A stretch of 64,000 nucleotides of DNA from Mobula hypostoma (lineage: Eukaryota): positions 115,074,001-115,138,000 of the forward strand of contig NC_086107.1 in NCBI RefSeq assembly GCF_963921235.1, given 5' to 3'. The position numbers were made by a program, and so were the translations under genes. Position 1 is the stretch's first letter. Each line of letters opens with the position of its first letter. Below are positions 14,501 to 26,249 of the stretch, piece after piece. Under the pieces are notes generated by a model. It did no database searches and was not told where the DNA came from. It saw only the letters and a program-made list of their open reading frames with translations.

Positions 14501-14841
14501 ACAATCCTACAGCTATGTCTATGCAAATTTGTTTTGCATTTTCCCTGTAAATGTTTGCAAGAGTGTGTATCTTAAGGGAGCATATGGTAACAGGCAGACA
14601 TTGGTAATAAATCTATTTTGAATTTGCAAGTTTGCAAGCACTTCCTGCAAGCCCCGATGGAGTTTCCCTTCCTTGCTTCCGCCCATGGCGCCCTTGCTCA
14701 ACCACCTCGGGAGCATTTCGCATATTTTGTTATTTTTTTTCTCAATAAGCCTGCTGCGCTTAAAGCTGCCGAAGGCTCCTCCCTTGCGCCATCAGGATCC
14801 CGACGACGGCCCTGACCCCGGAATGCTTAATGGAATGATGT

Positions 14842-15025
14842 GGAGGGAGCTTCACACCGTTTCTGTCCTCGGTATGTGTGATGGGACGGTGTGAAGGGAG
14901 CTTCACTTTGTGTCTGAGCTTGGGATGTGTGATGGGACGGTGCGGAGGGAGATTCACTCAGTGTCTGATCCCGGGAGTGTGTGATGGGACGGTGTAGAGG
15001 GAGCTTCACTCCGTTTCTGACCCGG
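14842..15025. repeat. ~51-bp minisatellite (GGAGGGAGCTTCACTC.GTGTCTGA.CCCGGGAGTGTGTGATGGGACGGTGT), ~3.5 copies
   Basis: Tandem units seen directly. Shorter arrays occur at ~9940-10075 and ~12695-12775. Confidence 0.85.
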
Positions 15026-15845
15026 ACGTTTGCAACAGGACTGCATAGAGGAAGTAAAGTACTAATTCATCTTGAAGCTAAAAATAAAAACTTTGCACTA
15101 CCGTTTACAATGAGTCCTCCCTTTCCCGTTGCTCATGTTTCCCCCATCAGCATAACACGAATTAGAAGCAGAAGTGGCCATCCGGCCTATCGATCTGCTT
15201 TGCAATTTTATAGGATTATGACTAATCTGGCCCGAGACTCAGCTCCACTTGCTTTCCTTTCCTCCATAACCCTTAACTCCCCCGAACCCTCCCCAAGGAC
15301 CTATTCTCAATATCCTTCTCGAGGCCCTTCCCTTACTCTCCCTCTGCATTGTTCTCCTTACTAACCCTCCCACAATGTTCCCTCTCCTGACTGGTCCTCC
15401 TGTGCTGCTCACCTCATCGCCCTTCCCACGTCGTGATAGAGTTAACTTACTCTAAGATCAGTCTAAATCTGCCTCCCCCACACTCAAAGCCCTCTATTTC
15501 TCTTTCATCCATGTAGCTATGTAAAGGGCTCCTAAGTGACAAGGCCATTGAACTCTCCTGCAGTCACCTTAAACAGATGTCCTCTGCTATTGGCTTTTAC
15601 CGCCGCAGAAAAGGTGCTGGCTGTCCACTCGATCTATTCCTCTCTCAGTTTTTATCAAGTCACCCCTCATGCTCCTGCGCTCTAAAGACAAATGCTATAG
15701 CTCGTTCAACCTTTCCTCATAAGATATGCTGTCTAATCCAAGCCGCATTCTGGTAAATCTCCTCCGCATGCTCTCTAAAGCTTCCACATCCTTCCTATAA
15801 TGAGGCGAGCAGAAATTAACTCAGCTCCGCCATAGCGGTCCCACT

Positions 15846-15970
15846 AACACAAGAAAATCTGCTGATGTTGGAAATCCAAGGCAACACAAACAAAATGCTG
15901 GAGGAACCCAGCAGGCCAGGCAGCATCTATGGAAAAGAGTAAACAATCGACGTTTCGGGCCGAGACCTTT
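15846..15970 (-). mobile_element. Penelope-like terminal fragment with truncated hammerhead motif
   Basis: Similar to the arms of the 46981-47248 element (GCAGGCCAGGCAGCATCTAT..TCGACGTTTCGGGCCGAGACC). Confidence 0.6.
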
Positions 15971-15974
15971 AGAC

Positions 15975-16408
15975 TTGTTGCGAAATGAGGACGGTTGGAT
16001 AATGGTATAGCAACCCCATCTCATAAAAACACAGAGGTACAGGAACGCTAACAGAAGCTCCAAAGACCTCATCCTTGGGAGAAGAAGGGTCTTCACCTCA
16101 AAGATGTGTGAAGTCTTGTACTGAAAGCGAAGCTCCAGAGCTAATCAACCTTCTGTTGGCCGAGGACAGAGGAGTCTGGCGAGCTGCTGTCTGCGGCCTA
16201 TGCCCCAGTAGGTGATGGATTGAAGAAAAAGAAGAAGAAGATGAAGAGGAAGAAGAAGGAGGAGGAGGAGGAGGAGGAGGAGGAGAGGAAGAAGGAGAAG
16301 GAGAAGAAGAAGAAGAAGAAGAAGAAGAAGGAGGAGGAGGAGGAGGAGGAGGAGGAGGAGGAGGAGGAGGAGAAGGAGAAGGAGAAGGAGGAGGAGGAGA
16401 AGAAGAAG
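15975..16408 (+). mobile_element. RTE-derived non-autonomous element with an expanded (GAA)n/(GAG)n tail (16222-16408)
   Basis: 3' end translates as LAEDRGVWRAAVCGLCPSR*, an RTE-type C-terminus, followed directly by the trinucleotide tail. Confidence 0.6.
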
Positions 16409-16489
16409 TGAACACAATAGAGCTGCATATTACCCCACGGCTCTTCAAATCCGATTCGACTAATGACGAATAACACGTGACACCTTCTT

Positions 16490-17365
16490 ATCTTGCGCAG
16501 CAACTTTGAGGAATATGTGGACGTGGACCCCACGATCCCTCTGTTCCTCCACATTGCTAAGGATCCTGGCATTATCCTTGCATTCTGTCTTCAAATTCTA
16601 CCTTCCAAAATGAAGCACTTCACGTTTTTCCGGACTGAAATTCATCTGCCACTTCTCAGTCCAGCTCTGCATCCTGTCAATGTCCCGTTATAACCTACGA
16701 TAACCTTCTACATTCTCCACACCTCCGTCAACATTTGTCTCATCCTCAGACTTTCTAATCTTCCCTTCTTCTTCCTCATCGAAGTTATTTATTAAGATCC
16801 CAAAGAACAGGGTTCGCAGAACAGATCTCTAATGGAACACCACTGTTCACAGACCTCCGCGCAGAATACACTCCATCTACTACCACTCACTGCCTTCGAC
16901 AAACTAATTCCGATTCCACGAGGCCACGTTTCCATGGATCTCATTCCTGGATGAGCCTTCCATGGAGAACCTTATCATACAACTTACAAAACTCGATGTA
17001 TCATTGCTGTAATAGGGAAATCAGACTGAACATAATATTCCAAGAATGATCTAACTGGTGTGTTATAGAGCTGCAAAATCACCTGGCGACACTTTAACTC
17101 ATTCCCTTAAAACATGAAGGCTAACACACCATACGCCTTCTTGGCACCTTAACTTTGAGCGATATATAGACGTGGACCCCAAGATGCCTCTGTTCCACAA
17201 CATTGTTAAGAATCCTGGCATTAACTCTGTACTCCGCCTTTAAGTTTGACCTTCCAAGGTGTATCACATACTTTCCCAGACTGAACACCACCTGCCACTT
17301 CTCAGCCCAGCTCTGCACCCTGTCAGTGTCCCGTTGTAACCTACTGCAACCTTCTACACAATTCA
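16490..17365 (-). mobile_element. Degenerate CR1 RT fragments
   Basis: ORF 17121-17402 (-) gives LQRDTDRVQSWAEKWQV..HLGRSN..EQRHLGVHV, which is CR1 RT C-terminal sequence. Confidence 0.75.
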
Positions 17366-19199
17366 CAACGCGGGAATTCCAAGCATCTTCCGTCCTCTGC
17401 ATGGTGGAAGTCCACCCACCCCTCCGCCCACTGCCACTATCTCCGACACAGTTTCTGGAATCGCAGGTTGAGGGGAAGTATCTCCATCCTCTCCCAGTAC
17501 AGCACTCTGTGACCTCTATCTACCCTTCAGTTATCTACACTTGTGCTCACACATTAACGATGATTCAGAGTACAGAAATTAGATAGGCAGCCTAGTGGCA
17601 TGGTGCCATGACAGCTACATTTCTCTCAATATCAGAAAAAAGCAGCTCGGTTATTGGCTCCAGAAGGGTTGGGCTGTGACTACGCTCCTGAGCACATAAC
17701 CGGGCTGAGGTTGAGTGGGGCGGGGGAGGTTGAAAGATGAACGTTTCTAGGAATAAGTCACCAGCATAATCACCATTCACACCAGAGGTTCCCCTCCCAT
17801 AAGGCTCAAGATACAGAAGTCTGAAAGCACATACCGCCAGATTCTGGGAAAGTTTCTACCCCGCCGTTTTAAGGCTACTTAACGCTCCCCTAGAATGATA
17901 CGTCGGGCTACCTCTACATGGCCCATCTTACTGTCTGTCTGCACTGCAATTTCTCTGTAATTGTAACAGTTCCCTCTGCTTTCTGATGTTTCATCTCGAT
18001 AAAAGAATGGTCTATCTCAATGCACAGGGTAATGATTTCATTTGTATTAACAGTATGCAAGGCAAGCTTTTCGCTGTGCCTCGGTACATAGAACAAGGAG
18101 CAGTAGCTCATAGTACGGGCTCTTCGGCCCATGATGTGCCCACCTTTTAACCTACTCTTAGATCAATCTCCTCCAAGAGGACCACAGCCTAGGATTTGGA
18201 GGTGTGCCTCAATAACCTGGAGAGCTACGTTGGCTGTGATTATGGCCTTGTGCTTGGTCTCTTGGTGGGGTCACCCGTGCCAAACAGGTCAAAGGTTGGA
18301 GGTCTCAGTCATGAGCGCTCCACCTGTTCTCCAGGTTCGGGGGTTCCGCTCAGGGCTAACAACCCTGACTGGTCAAAATTTGTTACGGAAATAGTAATGA
18401 AGAATCCTTCTATTGTTGTCTGCGTCAGAAATAGGGGACCTTCGTTGCTGCTCTAAACGCCAACGGCGTAATGGGTAGCAATATCTCAATCTAGCACTTC
18501 CCTCCCACATTGTCCACCCATTCTTTTCATCTGTAAGGCTCTCTACGTGAATTGTTTCTCATTTATCTATCTCTACCACTCCTTCTCTTGGAAATGTGTT
18601 CCCTGCACCAGCATTTTTTACCTAAGAGAAATCCTACCACCGACATTTTCCCCAGCCCAGCCCACCCCAGATACTTGCATTGTCCCTGTTTATGGACAAT
18701 TCCGCCTTAGGAAAAATGTCTCTGGATGTCCACTCTATTTATGCTTCCTATCATCTTGTACACCTCTGTCAACTAACCCCTCGTTCTCCTTCGCTCCAAA
18801 GAGAATAGTCCTCGCTCTCTGAACCTTTCCTTATGAAACATGCTCTTTAATCCAGGCAGCATCTTGGCAAATCTCCTCTGTATACGCGACAACAATGAAG
18901 TTCGAGTTCCTTGTACATTGCTTCCCTCAGAACGCACTAGGGACACTCAGTAACAAAGCTGTGAAACTTTCGAGCATCTCCGGGATCTCCACAACAAACG
19001 CACCGCGGTAACAAGCTAAAGACAGCGTTGACACGTACAGTTTGAAACTGGGGACTCTATCGGCAGGGCTGAGGCAGAGGGTTTAATGAGACGTGGGCAA
19101 CACCGGAGTAATCTAACTGGTGGGCGGAAGATAGCCAGGGAGCGATGGGTGAGGATCTCGGCATGTGTGGGGCAGTCGTTGGTGGCCTGACCTCCAACT

Positions 19200-21260
19200 T
19201 ACAGGGAAGATATCGAGAAGATTGTTGAGAAGATTTACAAAGACGTGTCGGGGACTTCAGGATCTGAGTTAAAGTGGAAGGTTGAATAGGAATGAAAGGA
19301 GATCTCCATTGAGGTGTCTACAGTTATGAGTAATATATGTAGGTTAAATACTTGGCTGGTTTTTCCCACAGATGGTTGATGAGACTAGAACTAGACCTCA
19401 TAGGTTTAGGGTCATAGGTGAAATATTTAAGAGGAAAGTGAGGGTATAACTCTTCACTATGCGAGTGGCGCGAGTGTGATGTTTAAGAGAAGTTTGGACA
19501 GGTACATGATTGAGAGGGTTATGAAAGGATATGGTTTGGATGCCACTAGATGGTACTAGGCAGAGATCTGTGTTGACTCTGTGTAAATGGGCAGAAAGGT
19601 CTGTTTTTGTTCAGTAGTACTCTATGATTTTAGGAACAACTGCCCGTATGAAATTGGCCTTGCCATTTGCTCTGGTCCTGGAATACGCAGCAATACGAAG
19701 TCTAAGTCAATGTCGTATATGAAGCCAGATTCATCTGTCTCTTCTGCCTGCGGTAGATCGTTCCCTGCCAATTCACGACCATACTATCCTCTTAAATATC
19801 TCTATCATACCTGCCTCCAGTACCAACCCGACAGCACATTCGGCGCACCCGCCCTTCTCTGTGAAAAACAATCCCCGTACATACTTGAACTTGCTTCCTC
19901 TCACCCATGTACATGCCGTTTGGTTTCGACGTTTCCATCCTAAGGAAAAAGATGCCATCTACTCTATCTCTGTCTCTCACAATCTTATAAACTTCTATCA
20001 GGTCTCCGCTCACCCTCCGCCGCTCCAGAGGAAACAACCCAAATTTGCCCAACCTCTCCTCACAGCGCATGTCCCTCTAACCCTGGTTAATCTCAGGGGA
20101 CCTCCCTCCAAATCCCGACACTCTTCCTGTAATGGGGCAACCAGAATGGCACTCAGTAATGTTACTGCTGCCCGACCAGAGTTTTGTGTAACTGTAATGT
20201 GACTCCCAAGCTCTCATACTCTACGCCCTGACTGATAAAGAAAAGCGTTCTGCGCGCCTTTAGCACCTTGTCAAACTGTGCGAACACCTTCAGGGAGCTG
20301 CAGACATGGATTCCAAAATCTGTACGTCAAACGTGTTGAGGGTCCGGCCGTAACTGCGGCCTGTCCCTTTGCATCTCACCTCGCAAAATGCAACACCTCA
20401 CACTTGCCCGAATTAAACTTTACCTGCCATTTTCCGCCCATACCTGCAACTGATCTATATCCGCTGCATCCTTCGGCAAGTTCTTCCGCTACCCACAACA
20501 TCGCCAATCTTCGTATCCTATGCGAATTTATTCCAGCACCTAAATGTTCGCTTTCAATGACTCTGCAACTCCTGCTTTCCGTATTACTTATTTACTTGCT
20601 TTTTTTTTTGCAGTTGCCCAGTTTATTTTCATATGCACCTACGAAGGAGGAGACCATGAAATGCTGGAGCAGAAATACGCTATGCAGCTCGCCGAGTTTG
20701 TTCCGCCATTCAATCATGGCTGATCTATTTTTTGCCAAACCCATTCTTATGCCTTTTCTCGGTGATATTTGACGCCCTTACCAATCAAACCAACCAACCC
20801 CCGCTTTAAAAAAGTCGCTATGACTTGACCTCCACAGACGTCTGTGGCAATGGGTTCCACAGATTCTCCACTCTCTGGCTTTAAAAATTCCTTCTCATCT
20901 CTGTTCAAGTGGGACGTCCTTCCATTCTGAGACTGTGCCCTCGGGTCTCAGATCCCCTCGCCCAAATATTGGAAACATCTTCTCCACAGCCACACTGTTT
21001 AGGCCGTCACTATTTGATCGGTATCAGTGAGGTATACCTCACCCCGCCCGACTCATTTTCTGAACTCCAGCGAGTACAGGGGCCACGGCCATCAACCGCT
21101 AGAAATGTTAACCCTTTAATTTCCGGGATCATTCTGGTAAACTTTCTCGGGCCCGCCTGCAACGCCAGTGCATCCGTTCTTATTTGCGGGGCTCAAGACT
21201 GCTCACAACGCTCTGCATGCGGCCTTGCCGATGCTTTATAAAGCCTCAGCAATACATCCT
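19200..21260. mobile_element. CR1 3' fragments (+ ~19200-19630; - ~19700-20520; - ~20650-21260)
   Basis: EERLGKFGLFPLERRRVSGDLIEVYKI motif and CR1-type 3' UTRs. Confidence 0.7.
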
Positions 21261-21859
21261 TTGAAATTTTCCTTCTCTTGTAGCTGCTTAGACCAGATGA
21301 GAAATAAAGACTCAAGCTTCACGCTGTTGAACAACCCTTACCCACCCTGTCTGCTCCCTCAACACGCTCGACCCCTTGCTACCTGGACGACACGCTCTTC
21401 CGGTTCGCTGGTTTCCACGTCCCCCTACCCACAACCGCCCCCACCACGCACACAGCCAACCTCCGCCCCCTTCCGAGTCCCGACCAGGAGACATACAACC
21501 GACCTCTCACCCGCGCTCACTTTCGCTGCCGGTGCCAGGAGTACGGAGAGTAGGATCGCAATGTCGTCGGACGGTCAGGAGGCGATGAGACTGTGGTCCT
21601 CAGAAGGCTGGCGTAGTAATTGCTGGTGAGGCCAGCAAACGACGGAACATCTGCCTCAGCGGATGTCTTAGTCTCGATTTCAGTTTCCCAAGCAACATCC
21701 GGTCCCAGAGATGGGAGGGGGGATGTGAGGTGGAAGGAGTTGTTGCTGAGAAGGAGGTCTGGGTTTTCACAGCCTCGCCTTCTTTCAGCGAGTTTAGCGG
21801 CAGAGTGTCATGACTACTCCCTACACTGCTGACCACAGGCAGAACGCACAGCTAAGGAA

Positions 21860-22930
21860 GGGGAGGGTTAACGAGGGATGAGGAAGAGAGAGATTGACGG
21901 GGAGGGGAGATGGCGAAGGATAGAAGAGAGGGAGAAGGGGAGAGAGGAGAGCGGAGGAAAAGAGGGTGATGCAGAGACAGTGGAGGAAGAGGGAGGGAGG
22001 AGAGAGAGGGGGAGGGCAGGATGGAAAAGGGAAGGGACGAAGAACTGAAGAAAGCGAGGAAAGGAAGCCAGGGAGGGGGTGAGGTGTAAAGAGAGGGGTA
22101 AATAGAGGGAGGAAAGGAAATGGAGGGAAATGCGGAGAGTCAGAAAGAAGGGAAGAAAAGGAGAGAGACAGAAAAAGAGCACAGCCTGATACAGTTACTC
22201 AGCCCCTGAAACCTAGCCCACCCCTGAGTCAACCACAGGTAGGAGTATGTACAGAGAATGTGCCCGCTCCAGGCAGTGTGGACAAACACGACAAAGACGG
22301 ACAAAAAGGTCTATCATCCTTCCACTGGCGCTCCCTCGTCACCACCGCCTCTCACTTCATCCTTCCTACCTTCCTAGGGCACTCCCTCCTCGCTACCCAC
22401 CCTCCTTGCCGCCTCTCCCCATCTTTACCTCTTTATTTATCTCTTCTGCTCTCTCCATTTCCAACTCTCTCCGCAAAACTTTCTTCTCCCTCTTCCCCAA
22501 AGTCCTCTCTCCATATCCACACGATTTTCTCTCTCATTCCCCCTCCTCTGCCCCTCTCTCCATCCACTTCCTATCTCCCTCCCCTCCCCATCTCTATCTC
22601 TCCCCCACGTCTTCCCCCTCTCCAGCTCCCCGTCCCCTCTGACTCTCTCCCTCCGCTGCACTCTCTTCGCCCCTCCTATCTTTCTCCTCCGTCCCCCTCT
22701 CTTGCCCCTCCCACATACCACGCTCTCCTTCCCCTCCGCCCCTTTCTCTCAATCCTTCCCTCTCTGTCTCTGTGGCTCCCCTCTCCCCTCCCCTCCACCC
22801 CTGCCCCTCGTCAATCCCTGCACTCTCCTCTCCGCACGGCTCCCATCACTTCCTCCTCTCTATTTAAAACACCCTATCTCTTTCTGTCTCCCTCCATTCC
22901 CCTCCAGCCTCTCCCTTACACCACAGCTCC
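21860..22930. repeat. Purine-rich (21860-22180) and pyrimidine-rich (22330-22930) low-complexity tracts
   Basis: Strong strand skew. Similar tracts occur at 24870-25190 and in the integrin introns. Confidence 0.8.
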
Positions 22931-24305
22931 GTTTCTCACCGGCCCCAGAGGTGCCACAGAGGGAGCAGAACACAGCCCGGTGAAAACTTGCAGTTACCTG
23001 GGGAATTTCGGTCGGCGCGGGTGAGTAACGTATGGCAAAGAGAGGGAGCGAGATGTCCGACCAACCCCCGCTGAAAAGCGGACGGGCAGAGAGAGCTTGT
23101 GTTGGAGGAGCGACGGCCGAGCGGGTGAATCGCGCTCGCTCCGGTTCTTAAACGGTCCGAGAGGGGGCGCGCTTCGTCACACACAGAACAGAACAGCACC
23201 GCACCTGACAAACCCATGAATTTAGTTATTCCGTTTCTGTAAATTCTCCTGCGATTTGCTCTTCTGTATTCTACAGAGGAGATGTACCAGCTTGGTGCAT
23301 GGACCGGGGAGCAATTTTTACCAGGAGAGATTGAGCAAGCTGGGGTTTTTCACTTTAGTGCGAAGGACAATTAGAGGTGACACGACAGAGATGTGCAAAA
23401 AGCATAAATAGAAAGGAGATTCAAAGACTTTATCAGAACAGAAATGGTTAATACGCAGGTCATAATTTTAGGGTGAATGTATAGGTTCCTGAATCTTCAG
23501 ACTGCTGTGCCTCGTCCCTGTTGGTAGTATTGTAAAGAGGGCAAAACTCGGATTTCGAGGGTCCTTACTGATGGATGCCACGTTTTTGAGGCACCGCGTC
23601 TTGTAGAAGCCCTCAATGTCGGGGAAAAGTTGTACCCATGACAGGGCTGGCTGAGTCGAGGAATCTCTGCAGCCTCTTGTCATCATATGCGCTACAGCAG
23701 CTAGACAAGGCGACGATCCAGCCAGGCAGAACGCTCTCCGCCATACCCCGGTGGAAATCTGCAAGTCTTCGGTGATACACCAAATTTCCCCAATTTCCCA
23801 GTGAGGCAGAGCCCTGGGCGTGTGTCCTTCGTGATCGTATCGATATGTTGGGCTAGGGGAAGACCGTCTCGATGTTGGCGCCCAGGAACTAGAAGCTGCT
23901 CACCCTTTCCACAGCTGACCCTTATCCACTTGCGTGGCGATCATTGAACTTTGAAACTGGATCAGGAACAGCTCTATACCTTCTGCCATCAGATTTCCGA
24001 ACTGTCCATGATCCCATGAACACGACTTCACTATTCGTGTTGCTTTAGTTTTATAATTTATAGCACTTTTAAAGTATTGCACTTCACTACTGCCGAAAAA
24101 CAACAAATTTGATGGCAGGTCAGTGAGTTAGATAGCACGAGTAAGATCCATTCGGCTCATCTTATATTTTTATTATATTTATGTTATGTCATCGCATATT
24201 TTTCTGTATTACCAATGTCTCTCTAACCTTTGCCCGTCCTCATGTGCGATTATGACTAAAAAAGGAAATTGCCTTTTACACCACCAGCCGCCTATGTGCG
24301 ATTAT

Positions 24306-24800
24306 GTCAGTCAGTCAGTGGGTGCCGTCCCGAATCGGGGGTTGGCGGCTCTGCACCTCCATCTTCTTCGATAGTGCGACAGCACCGAGTACAGCCTCTC
24401 CTCCAGTTTGTTCTCGCTGGCCACCTTGGCACCACCCGCCGCCGCCCCGCTGAACTCGAGCCCGAGGCCGTGGCCGCTTCTTCGAGCTCGGCCCTTCTTT
24501 AGGCGGAGGCCTTGGGCAGGTCCAGACACACGGTGCAGCGTTCAAGTTCATCATGTCTCTTCTAACTAAGCGCATAGCATACGATTCGTAGATAAGTGGT
24601 GAGGCTTTCGTCTCTTCCACGGAAGATGGCCGCTGGCTCACAAGGAGCTCATCCGCCCTTTGTCAGGTCTTGTTGTTTTTAGTCCTGCTGGGTGTCCTCA
24701 CACCCTCCTCACCAGACTAAGTCCCGTGGGGGAGCCGGCCCAAGTGGCCGCCCCCCGCCGAATCTCTCCGAGCGCCCGGCGCCCGACCGAAAAACCATGC
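24306..24800 (-). mobile_element. RTE-derived chimeric retroelement carrying a CYHR1/ZFTRAF1-like coding fragment
   Basis: 9-bp TSD TGCGATTAT (24297-24305 / 24801-24809). Minus strand has an RTE-like 5' segment, then the insert at 24539-24379, then an RTE-type 3' end (RRRWRCRAANP..) with an (ACTG)n tail. Confidence 0.7.
24379..24539 (-). pseudogene. CYHR1: Captured, circularly permuted fragment of a CYHR1/ZFTRAF1-like coding exon
   Basis: Reads [c][11 protein letters not shown] (24539-24504) then ..[18 protein letters not shown][c] (24503-24379). From recall, CYHR1 reads [26 protein letters not shown]. Confidence 0.75.
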
Positions 24801-26249
24801 TGCGATTATATTACCTTTTAAATGATGTAATTGTACCCAGATCATTCTTTGCACTTTGATCTCGTTTAAATATTTGCCCTTCCTCCCCTTCCTTCTGCAC
24901 TCTCTTCCTTCCTTCTCTCTCTCCATCCATTTCCCCTCTGTTCCGTCTTTCGTCTCCCTACCCTCCCTTTTCCGTCCCTCCACTACCTTTTTCTCCACCC
25001 CTCCTCCCCACTCCTCACATTCTCTGCTCTCATTTTCGTCTTCCTCCGAATCCCCTCTCCTCTCCCTCTTAACCCTTCCCTCACTCTCTTTCCCTCCCCC
25101 TCTTTCCCTCTACCCTCCCCCACTCTATCTCATTCTTCACTTCCACTCTCCTTTCTCGCCCTCTGCATTCCCTTGCTTCACTGTAGGCTCCCCGTACCCT
25201 GGGGGAAAGACTGTGATCACTGATCTGATTTGTGGCCCTCGTGATCGTATATAGCTCGGTGTTTGTGCCGAACTAAATTAACTTCCTTCTCTCCCCACCC
25301 CCCCCCCCCCCCATCCCTCCATTCACTGGACTGGACATCATGTGTCTATGTTATACCCTCCTGGACATCTCTTTCGTATCTTCCTCGACTGTTGCTCCCA
25401 CCCCCGGCAGCACATTCCATGCACCCTCCACTCTGTGTGAAAAACACACTCGCCCCACACATCCCCCTTGAACTTCTGTCACCATGACTGCAAGCCCTCT
25501 AGTGTCGGACATTTCCACCCTAATGAAAAACATGCTGGCTGTCTATTGTATCTTCTATGAGGCTCCCCTCAGCCGCTGCCACTCCAGGGAAAGCAACCCA
25601 CGGTTGTACGGCCTCTTCTTATAGTCCAAGCCTTCTCAATTGCATTTCTATTGACACACCTGTCCAGATACATCCCGGCTTGGCCCGGCAACTGTTCTTC
25701 CCGTGATCACCACAAACCACAGAGAGATATGGACATAGACTGAACACATCATGGAAACCAGCCTCCGCACCACGAACTCTGTCTAATCTTCCTGTTGTTC
25801 GGTAAAGCAGCCGGCAAAGACCCCCACTCACACCGGGAATTCTCTCTTTTACCCGTTCCCATCGGGCAGAAGATACAAAAGCCTAAAAGTACAGCTTCTA
25901 CCCCACTGTTGTAAAACTATTGAACAATCCCCGAGTATTGTTGGACTCTTCACCTCCCAATCTACTTTATCGCAGCTCTTGCGCCCTATTTTCCGCCAGC
26001 ACTGCACTTCCTCTTTCGCTGTTACATTTTATTCTGTTATTATTTTTCCTGTGCTACCTCAATGTACTGTTATAAAGAATTGATCCGTATGCACTTTATG
26101 CAAACCAGCATTTTCCCTGTATCTCGGCACATGTGGCAGTAATACAGTAAACCAATTCTAATTCCAATTCCAACTCCAAGCTGGAAGTGAAGGTGGGAAG
26201 TGACGAAGGGCTGAGGGTGTTGTAATAGAGCTTTGACCAGCGACCGATC

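Larger units (their letters stand above)
9600..15430. repeat. Local tandem segmental duplication, ~3 copies (~9600-10480 partial, ~10645-13010, ~13300-15430)
   Basis: The same ordered blocks recur: Penelope remnant, CR1 fragment, unique GC-rich segment, ~51-bp minisatellite, and a GAGGAAGT..AAAATAAAA..GTTTACA block (the partial first copy lacks the CR1 and GC-rich blocks). Confidence 0.85.

Noticed and set aside
16098..16572. Poly-K/E, poly-L and poly-S/P ORFs
   Set aside because: They are translations of the (GAA)/(GAG) tail of an RTE-derived element.
18931..19010. Possible small plus-strand exon (ccctcag|NALGTLSNKAVK..|gtaaca)
   Set aside because: No partner exons or recognisable motif; an open 77-nt frame is expected by chance.
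24311..24641. A functional CYHR1 gene at this locus
   Set aside because: Only 161 nt are present, permuted, with a stop after KASA, no further exons, and enclosed by a retroelement tail and TSD.
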